A DNA stretch of 64,000 nt, taken from assembly GCA_018303205.1 (NCBI GenBank), contig JAGVYP010000066.1, positions 4,706-68,705 of the forward strand, written 5' to 3'. The stretch comes from Candidatus Woesearchaeota archaeon (GTDB lineage Archaea; Nanobdellota; Nanobdellia; Woesearchaeales; JAGWAF01). Both the position numbers and the translations under genes were made by a program. Under the pieces are notes generated by a model that was not told where the DNA came from, did no database searches, and saw only the letters and a program-made list of their open reading frames with translations. Of this stretch, positions 57,365-64,000 are shown in pieces; the stretch's first letter is position 1; every line of letters starts with the position of its first letter.

Positions 57365-58969
57365 ATGCAAAGAAGATGCGAAGAAATTTGGAGGAAAAAT
57401 AACATGAAAAATACAAAAAATGCAGCAAATTCAACATATATTTTTATGTTCAATATACTTATGATAACTCTGATTAGCATATTTACACTATCTACAGTGT
57501 CTATAGTTTATGCTCAAGAGACAGGTGATTCTCTTTTTTATAATGGTGAAGTTCTTTTGAAGTTTCACAGCCTTTCAGATGATGAATATGCAATGACATT
57601 TACAAATATTGAAGGTGCAAATTTTAGACCTATTCTTGTAAACAATGAGAATGTTGATGGTCCATTCAAGTTTGATATTATATTCAAAGAAGCAGCAAAT
57701 CAATGTGATTTCACAAATGGAATTAAGAGGGGAGAAGAATTTCTTTTAAGCTCTGCTGCTGATGGTGCAGGAACAACACATGTGCTTAAGTATCAAAGTG
57801 CAGATTTAACTAACAGAGAACTCACTTTTTTAGAAAGAAGCAACATAGAAATAACGTATGAAATTTCTACAGAAAATTGTAGCGGGCAGCAAATAGGCAG
57901 ATTTAATCTTATCATCGCCGGCATACAGTATAAAGGGTATATTAACACGGCAACAAGCGTAATTACTTTGAGTCTCAACACAGATCAAGCTATTGACGGC
58001 GACAAAATAAAATTAGTAACCAAAGAAGGTTTTGTGATTACTATGCCTGACAGTCTATCAAATGGCGAAGCAAGAGTATCAATCGCATTTCCAAGTGCAT
58101 ACGCTCATAATGATATAATTGTAAGCTTGCTTGCTGCTCCAGCTAATGAAGTTGATGCAAGAGTGAATGGAGTAACTCTTACTGAAAAACAGCAAGGAGA
58201 TATGCTTTACAAGTACGCACTTCTTTCAAATAATCTTTATGTATTATGGGAGCAAGAAACAGATACGAGAGACCCACCAACGATCTATCTTAAAACATAT
58301 GTTAAACAAAATGATGAAATTTTAGAAGAAATAGAAGAACTAGAACAAAGAGAAGAACAACTAGAAAGAGAAGAACGAAGAGAGAAAGAAGAACAAATAG
58401 AACAAAGAGAGAGAGAAGAACAAAGAGAATTACTTGAAAACAATAAACAAGACAGAACCATAACTCCTCCAACTTTTCCTGGAGAAATTGTAACAAGTGT
58501 ATCTTTGAACAAAGGCTGGAACTTGGTAAGTTTAGGTGCAGAAGTGCAAAATTTCTTGCCTTCTGATTGTTCTGCTGACAAAAAACTGGTTGCTTTTGTG
58601 TATATTTCAGATCTTAAAAAATATGTGAGTATCAAAGAAGCAAGGGAAATCTTAGGCAAAGATTTTGGAAAATATTTTGAAGAACATAGTTTTTGGGTAT
58701 ATTCTTACAGTGATTGTGTGCTCAAAACAACGGTAAAGAAAGTGAGTGTTGAGAAATTCCTTTTAGATGAAGGTTGGAATCTTTTGACGGTTCCAAGTTT
58801 TTTTGCAGGTAAATCTTTTGTTGATATACAAAACAGTTGCGATGTCCTTAGTGCTTATACGTGGAAAGCAGACAAGCAGCAATGGGTAACACTTGAAGAT
58901 CAGCAAAAAATGGAAGATAATGGGCAGGGAATTATTGTCAAAGTAGATAAAAGCTGTATCATGCAGTGA
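57365..58969 (+). CDS. secreted protein with central acidic coiled-coil linker (E/R/Q-rich)
   Basis: Signal-peptide-like hydrophobic segment after Met-14 (alternative start 57404 preceded by GGAGG). Beta-rich N-domain, EELEQREEQLEREERREKEEQIEQREREEQRELLE linker, C-terminal domain. Confidence 0.55.
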   Translation: MQRRCEEIWRKNNMKNTKNAANSTYIFMFNILMITLISIFTLSTVSIVYAQETGDSLFYNGEVLLKFHSLSDDEYAMTFTNIEGANFRPILVNNENVDGPFKFDIIFKEAANQCDFTNGIKRGEEFLLSSAADGAGTTHVLKYQSADLTNRELTFLERSNIEITYEISTENCSGQQIGRFNLIIAGIQYKGYINTATSVITLSLNTDQAIDGDKIKLVTKEGFVITMPDSLSNGEARVSIAFPSAYAHNDIIVSLLAAPANEVDARVNGVTLTEKQQGDMLYKYALLSNNLYVLWEQETDTRDPPTIYLKTYVKQNDEILEEIEELEQREEQLEREERREKEEQIEQREREEQRELLENNKQDRTITPPTFPGEIVTSVSLNKGWNLVSLGAEVQNFLPSDCSADKKLVAFVYISDLKKYVSIKEAREILGKDFGKYFEEHSFWVYSYSDCVLKTTVKKVSVEKFLLDEGWNLLTVPSFFAGKSFVDIQNSCDVLSAYTWKADKQQWVTLEDQQKMEDNGQGIIVKVDKSCIMQ

Positions 58970-59178
58970 AGAGGTTCAAAATGAAACTCATCATAACACT
59001 CTTCATACTAATGCTTTTGATAACTGCTTGTGCTAAACAAGATGCGCAACAAGAAGCAAAGAAAGATGCCGCAATAGACACTTCGTCTAATATACCAAAG
59101 ATTTCCATTTCAAATTTTGGCATAGATGATGTTTTTGCAGATGAGGGTGAATTAACACCGCCTTCTTTTGGAGAATAA
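58966..59178 (+). CDS. small lipoprotein (70 aa)
   Basis: Lipobox LITAC. 4-nt overlap with the upstream gene. Confidence 0.4.
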   Translation: MKRFKMKLIITLFILMLLITACAKQDAQQEAKKDAAIDTSSNIPKISISNFGIDDVFADEGELTPPSFGE

Positions 59179-59264
59179 GTTTAACTAAAAATTAAATTGA
59201 TGCTTTCTAGCGAAAGCTCTGCTTAAGAAATAAAAAAATAAGAAAACAACGTGAGGTAAAAACA

Positions 59265-59789
59265 ATGAAAACAAAAAATGTAGCGTTAGCTCTCTGCTTT
59301 GCTTTTTTGATTGCGAGCATGAGCGCACAAGCTGTTTTGCAGCCAAATAGTAAAGAGAATGGTAAAGAGTTATGCGGAGATGTCAATGACGATGGAAGAA
59401 CAAGTATTCTTGATGCTTTGATGATTGATCAAGCAATCAGAAGCATTTCTGTATCCACTACTTATCTTCGCAGAGGAGATGTGAATAATGACGGTCTCTT
59501 AACAGAAAAAGACGCATATCTTGTTGCGAGCTATGCTGCAGGAGTTTCTGCATTGCAATGCGGACTTTGCGGTGATGGAAATAAAGATGGTAAAATCAAT
59601 AAAGTAGATGCAAAACTTGCTTCAATGATATCTGTTTCTTTGTCAGTGCCAAAAGGAACTGCAGTGCATGCACTTGATGTCAATGCAGATGGTCGCATCA
59701 ATAGTGTTGATGTTCTTTTTATTAGGCAATATGAATCAGGAAAGAGAACCTCTTTGCAATGTCGAGAGCCAGTGATTGTTGCTCCATAA
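59265..59789 (+). CDS. secreted tandem (double) dockerin protein
   Basis: Signal peptide plus four Ca-binding dockerin-type repeats: GDVNDDGRTSILDAL, GDVNNDGLLTEKDAYL, GDGNKDGKINKVDAKL, LDVNADGRINSVDVLF. This is two complete dockerin modules. Confidence 0.7.
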   Translation: MKTKNVALALCFAFLIASMSAQAVLQPNSKENGKELCGDVNDDGRTSILDALMIDQAIRSISVSTTYLRRGDVNNDGLLTEKDAYLVASYAAGVSALQCGLCGDGNKDGKINKVDAKLASMISVSLSVPKGTAVHALDVNADGRINSVDVLFIRQYESGKRTSLQCREPVIVAP

Positions 59790-59890
59790 TTTTTTTTATT
59801 TTTGTTTTTTTATTCATAAATCAATAGAACCAAAAAATATATAACTATGATACAATTAAAATAAATTAAAATGCATTAGAGGTACTCAAA

Positions 59891-60481
59891 ATGGAAAAAA
59901 GAATTATATGTTGTGCAATTGCTTTAATTATCTTGATAATAATCTTGACAATAGTTAGTGGGTGCTCAAAAGAAGTATCTTCTGATCAAACAAGTAATCA
60001 AACTCATGTGCAATATGATGAATCAAAACCTTTAGCAAATTCCTTAAATGATCCAAGGGTAATAAAGAACACTTTAAATGATGTGAGGTGTGATGGAAAA
60101 GAGTATGCCGTAGATATTGAATCGGAAGATGCAGTGGTACTTCTTACATTACCGATAGGTCAGCAGAATCAAATCAATGATTTAAAGTCAAGTGTTGTAA
60201 TTCAGGAATTTTTTGAAATAGGACAAAATGAAAAAAATTTAAATATGCCTATGGAAATAAAATACTCTTTTGGAGGTATGGTCGGAAGTGAATCTGGAAA
60301 TTTAGAAAATGGTATGGTTATGTCTTTAGTAATCATAAAAGCGGATAAATTATTGCAAGATGGTGTAAACCCTCTTTTGAAATTACAAGCTTCTATGGGT
60401 TACTCTCTTCTTGCTATGAATCAAGGAGAAGAGAAAGGTGAACTTTCATTTTTATGCAAATTAGCACAAGATATCCAATGA
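59891..60481 (+). CDS. secreted lipoprotein, hypothetical
   Basis: Signal/lipobox (…IVSGCSKE), 196 aa. Confidence 0.45.
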   Translation: MEKRIICCAIALIILIIILTIVSGCSKEVSSDQTSNQTHVQYDESKPLANSLNDPRVIKNTLNDVRCDGKEYAVDIESEDAVVLLTLPIGQQNQINDLKSSVVIQEFFEIGQNEKNLNMPMEIKYSFGGMVGSESGNLENGMVMSLVIIKADKLLQDGVNPLLKLQASMGYSLLAMNQGEEKGELSFLCKLAQDIQ

Positions 60482-60539
60482 TATTAAGAAATAGATAGCC
60501 TGATGAACATCTAAAACTTGATCATAATGGATAATATTT

Positions 60540-61397
60540 CTAAAACGCCAATAACAAAATGCCAATAATAATGCTGATAATTCCCACATATTGATTCAAT
60601 GCTAACTTTTCTTCTAGAAAATGTCGCGCTAAGAGTATAGTAACAAGAGGAGAAGCATATACGATGGGAGTTACCATAGAAATCAAATCAAGAGAAAAAC
60701 CATAACTTAAACAGGTGACTGCAATGCCTGAAAATACTCCAATAAAAGCAAGCATTCCCCATTCTTTTTTTGTTGGCAAAAATATTTTTTCAGAAAAAAA
60801 TAGTGCAAGAATCATTGCTAAAAACAAGAATCCGTCCAAAAGTATTGCAGCAGTCATAGGCCCTGCAAGCTCAACAGGAATCTTATAGAGAAAAAAAGTG
60901 ATTCCCCAAGCAAAAAAAGTAATCAGCGCATAAGGCAGTCCCAAAGCAAAATCTTTGGTATGCATCATTCTCAATTCCTGCCACTTGAAAGAAACAAAAG
61001 CAGTTCCCACAATAACCAGGAGAATGCCTAAGCCTTGGAAAGCGCTCAATTGCTCCTGATAAAACAACACTGCTAACAAAACTGTGATTGCAGCACTACC
61101 ATGCGCAATAGGGCTTACCAAGGAAACTTTTCCTATCTTTAAAGCATGCGTAAAAGAAAAGAAAGCAATACTACCAAAAAAAGAACACAGCAAAGACCAC
61201 CCAAAGATCTCCCAGGAAAGCATCAATTTTTGTTGCGTAAAAAACATAAACAGGAACAAAGTTACAAGAACAAAAATTCCACGATAGAGTACTGTTGCAA
61301 TGGTTCCTAATCGCTGACTTACTTTTTTAAGAGCTATCTCTATACTTCCAAAACAAAACATAGCAATAATTCCAAGAATAATACCTGTAAGCATCAA
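60540..61397 (-). CDS. EamA/DMT-family transporter (10 TM)
   Basis: Two EamA-like repeats, 285 aa. Confidence 0.75.
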   Translation of the reverse strand: MMLTGIILGIIAMFCFGSIEIALKKVSQRLGTIATVLYRGIFVLVTLFLFMFFTQQKLMLSWEIFGWSLLCSFFGSIAFFSFTHALKIGKVSLVSPIAHGSAAITVLLAVLFYQEQLSAFQGLGILLVIVGTAFVSFKWQELRMMHTKDFALGLPYALITFFAWGITFFLYKIPVELAGPMTAAILLDGFLFLAMILALFFSEKIFLPTKKEWGMLAFIGVFSGIAVTCLSYGFSLDLISMVTPIVYASPLVTILLARHFLEEKLALNQYVGIISIIIGILLLAF

Positions 61398-61403
61398 CTA
61401 AGC

Positions 61404-62216
61404 TTATGCCGCTGGTTTATATAATTTTGTTCCTTGTTGGTTAATCTTTCTTAATGCTACAACAGAACTCATTCTTTCTAATTCGCTATACAATTTTCTT
61501 CTTTCAAAAAAGCCAAGTCTCTCTAATTGGCATTGTTCTAGCCTTTCATTTACGGCATTCATATACCCATGAATAACATATTTTCTTCCTGCGGTATTGT
61601 ACCACTTTCCTTCTCTGCTTAATTCCTGAAAATAATCTCTTCGAGCTTCTTCTTTTATAGCATCTCTTAATGTTGCTTTTACAGTCTTTTCGTTTTTCGT
61701 CTGATTTCTCTTTGCCGTGTCCTTATTTATTTCCTTTGCAATTGCCCTCACTTTATAGCTGTCTCCTAAGATATAAGAATTTATTCTTGTCCATAAGCTC
61801 AAATGATCAGATACTTGATGATTGGCATAGACATATGAGCGTTGATAATATCTTCCTCTTCTTTCTGTTTCACTCTGTGTTAAAAAAGATCCTGTGTTAT
61901 CTTCTCTTGCATTTCTCTGAAGTCTTTCTTCCAACTTTTTTCTTCTTTTCCTATCAATATCTAACCCTAGATAATGTACCTGCGCATTACCCTCTGATGG
62001 AGAATAGGGAGTTGCTAATGCTGTTGCTATGCGAAGAGCTCTAAGATCTTCGGTAGGCTGTTCAGTAAATCTTTCTCTCCAAGCACTATTTTCTCTTTGC
62101 TTTCTTTTTTCTTGATCTGCTGCTCTTTGTACAAAAGTTTCAAAAGAATCAACATGGGTAATCTTAAGGCTATCACTACTAGGTGCTTCTACTCCTATGG
62201 GGATTGTTGTGGTCAT
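61404..62216 (-). CDS. hypothetical basic protein (R/K-rich), GC-richer than background
   Basis: 270-aa ORF with no recognisable family. Lies beside repeat copy D. Confidence 0.4.
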   Translation of the reverse strand: MTTTIPIGVEAPSSDSLKITHVDSFETFVQRAADQEKRKQRENSAWRERFTEQPTEDLRALRIATALATPYSPSEGNAQVHYLGLDIDRKRRKKLEERLQRNAREDNTGSFLTQSETERRGRYYQRSYVYANHQVSDHLSLWTRINSYILGDSYKVRAIAKEINKDTAKRNQTKNEKTVKATLRDAIKEEARRDYFQELSREGKWYNTAGRKYVIHGYMNAVNERLEQCQLERLGFFERRKLYSELERMSSVVALRKINQQGTKLYKPAA

Positions 62217-62426
62217 GCTTCTTCACTCACTCAAGTATTTCTCCCCAGAAATTGCTAATAGTATGAAGAAGAAGGCATTCTTTATAAAGCTTATCTTTTT
62301 CAGATCTCAATTCTCTTTTCATTTCTCTTGTTTTTTTGTTTACTCTTTTTCTTTTCATAAAAATATAAATCAAAACATAAATACTCTACTGAAAAAATAC
62401 GATAAATAGTAGAAGACATTAATAAA

Positions 62427-62533
62427 GCATAATTTGTCACCTTGGAGTACAATGAGGAGACGAGTGATTCATGCAACGAAGTCGACGCAAAATCTGCGAG
62501 GGACGAGCAGCAGATCTCCGTGACAAATTATGC
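62427..62533 (-). repeat. Structured repeat element, copy D (consensus orientation on minus strand; perfect 14-bp inverted repeat GCATAATTTGTCAC/GTGACAAATTATGC)
   Basis: Reverse complement reads CACGGAG…CTCGTCCCTCGCAG…TTGCGTCGA…TGCATGAATC…TCTCCTCAT…CTCCAAG. Closest to copy B in the 5' region. Confidence 0.7.
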
Positions 62534-62609
62534 AAAACTTTTGTCTTCTACTAAAAATGAGAAAAAATTATAAATGTCAAAAATAAGAAACCATAATAAA
62601 TTTGTCTGT

Positions 62610-63800
62610 TTATTTCTCTTCTTTCTTTTCTAATACCTGATCTGCTGCTTTAAAGAGTCTTTCTTCAAAGTCAACAATACGTTCTCCTTCATTTTTTTCA
62701 TCACTGAATGCATGCATCATTTCTCTGATCATACTTTTTTGTGGTGCGTGTTCTGTCATGAGAACTTCTTCAATATCTTCTATTGCATGGGTGTTTACTT
62801 GTATTTCACGAAATTCTTCGCTTTCCAGCTTGTGAGTATTTTTCATGACAAAATAAGCTCCTTGATCATAACAATGCTTGAAGATTTTCTTAAAATCAAC
62901 ATCATAGGGTTTTCCTTTGGAAAGTTTTCCTTCTATCCTTATCGTCACAAGAGCATTTTTCATTTTTTTTCCTTCTATCTCCTGTTCTAACATCATTGTT
63001 ACTTCTTCTGCACTTTTTCCTTTTACTTCTAAAAAAAAAGAACACACCGGATGAATTTCTATAGGAATATAGCCTACTTTCCAATCTTTTACCAAATAGA
63101 ATCCACCGTGTTTCAGCTTTTCCAATTCTGCAAAATTGTTAGGAAATCCAGGACCTGGGTAAATGACTACGGGATAATTTTCATCACTGTACTTCTCCAC
63201 GATGTGCACATGACCTCCTGCATAATAGTTAAATCCTCTGGGTAGGAGCGAAAGTGGTTCTGCTTCCATTTCTTTCAGATGTTCTGGTTTGAGCTCATTG
63301 AGGGAGCAATGAAACATGAATATTTTTTCTCCTTTTTCTTCTTCTAAATTTTTTTTGATCAGTTTTCTGTAATGGTTTTTATCTAAACCACCTCGTAATC
63401 CGGGAAGGCCTGTTATTTTTATTCCTGTTTTTTTATCAAGGGTAAAAGAAAGTTGTAATTTTCCTTCTTTGGCAGATCCTTTTGCAACATTCATACATAG
63501 TCCTGCACTTTCTAACACATCTAACATGGTTTTTCCTGAAGGAGAATAATCATGACTTCCTGCAATGAGGTAACAAGGAATTTCCTGATCCTGGAGTTCT
63601 TTGAGTTTTTCTGTTACAATGCGTAAACGATCTACTCCTGGTAAGCTTGTATTAAAGAGATCACCTGCGATAAGAACGAAATCAACCTTTTCTTGGATGC
63701 AGATGTCTATAATTTTCAAAAATGCTGTTGTGCTGAGATCCCTCATCTTTGGATCCCTCCAACCACCAATATGGCAATCTGCCAAGTGAGCGAATTTCAT
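62610..63800 (-). CDS. mre11: Mre11/SbcD-family DNA double-strand-break repair nuclease
   Basis: Phosphoesterase motifs LADCHIG, AGDLFN, GSHD, GGHVH. 396 aa. Confidence 0.8.
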   Translation of the reverse strand: MKFAHLADCHIGGWRDPKMRDLSTTAFLKIIDICIQEKVDFVLIAGDLFNTSLPGVDRLRIVTEKLKELQDQEIPCYLIAGSHDYSPSGKTMLDVLESAGLCMNVAKGSAKEGKLQLSFTLDKKTGIKITGLPGLRGGLDKNHYRKLIKKNLEEEKGEKIFMFHCSLNELKPEHLKEMEAEPLSLLPRGFNYYAGGHVHIVEKYSDENYPVVIYPGPGFPNNFAELEKLKHGGFYLVKDWKVGYIPIEIHPVCSFFLEVKGKSAEEVTMMLEQEIEGKKMKNALVTIRIEGKLSKGKPYDVDFKKIFKHCYDQGAYFVMKNTHKLESEEFREIQVNTHAIEDIEEVLMTEHAPQKSMIREMMHAFSDEKNEGERIVDFEERLFKAADQVLEKKEEK

Positions 63801-63944
63801 ATCCTAGGTATTTTTCAGTTCTTTTTATGTTATCCTCTTTTTTTATTTTCTATATTTTAATTAAAATATTGTAAAAAAATAACTCTTACTCAAAAACAAC
63901 AATGCTTATATACAAAAACAAGAAAAATTCTCTGGGGTGTTATC

Positions 63945-64000
63945 ATGGACCAAGACACAGAAAAAGTATTATCAACCTTAGCTTATCCCATTCCAGCAGT
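63945..64000 (+). CDS. 5' end of an unidentified gene running off the window
   Basis: ATG at 63945 followed by an open frame (MDQDTEKVLSTLAYPIPA…) to the window end; only 18 codons visible. Confidence 0.25.
   Translation, partial: MDQDTEKVLSTLAYPIPA

Noticed and set aside
58285-58659. Minus-strand ORFs 58285..58659 and 58302..58496 (S/L/C-rich)
   Set aside because: Antisense to the E/R/Q-rich coiled-coil-coding segment of the 57365..58969 gene. Low-complexity artefacts of the repetitive GAA/AGA-rich DNA.
1-64000. CRISPR arrays, rRNA genes, integrases/transposases, restriction-modification or other recognisable defence islands
   Set aside because: No direct-repeat/spacer arrays, no rRNA-like GC islands beyond the tRNA and the repeat family, and no ORF with transposase, integrase or Cas signatures was found on either strand.

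Overview
AT-rich archaeal chromosomal segment, densely coded with about 80 genes. The archaeal assignment rests on fibrillarin, a Nop5 NOP-domain protein, archaeal-type UMP kinase, RFC large subunit, Mre11, SecDF and a CutA gene. The short Nop5 and the small secreted/lipoprotein families suggest a small-genome (DPANN-like) archaeon, but that is inference. The window holds housekeeping genes (ValRS, CysRS, CTP synthase, pyrH, SuhB-like IMPase/FBPase, RFC-L, RsmB/Nop2-type methyltransferase, one tRNA-Thr(CGU)) interleaved with accessory content. That accessory content includes a PadR-regulated MacB-type ABC exporter operon, a Liv-type ABC importer operon, a glycosylation cluster, a VapBC-like toxin-antitoxin pair, many secreted or membrane-anchored proteins of unknown function (including a tandem double-dockerin protein), and a membrane-tethered winged-helix regulator. 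The glycosylation cluster comprises an ArnT/PMT-like GT-C enzyme split at an A6 run, a Dpm1-like GT2, and two GT2-TPR fusions plus a stand-alone TPR protein. The most unusual signal is a family of GC-rich structured elements of about 100 nt (four full copies plus one 28-nt remnant), all intergenic. Each has a conserved core: GGAG, then a hairpin with invariant loop CTGCATGAATC(G), then TCTCCTGAT and CTCCAAGG. Each is embedded in a different perfect inverted repeat of 8-14 bp. It matches no RNA class I can recognise and behaves like either a novel ncRNA family or a hairpin-targeting miniature mobile element. No CRISPR arrays or rRNAs are present.
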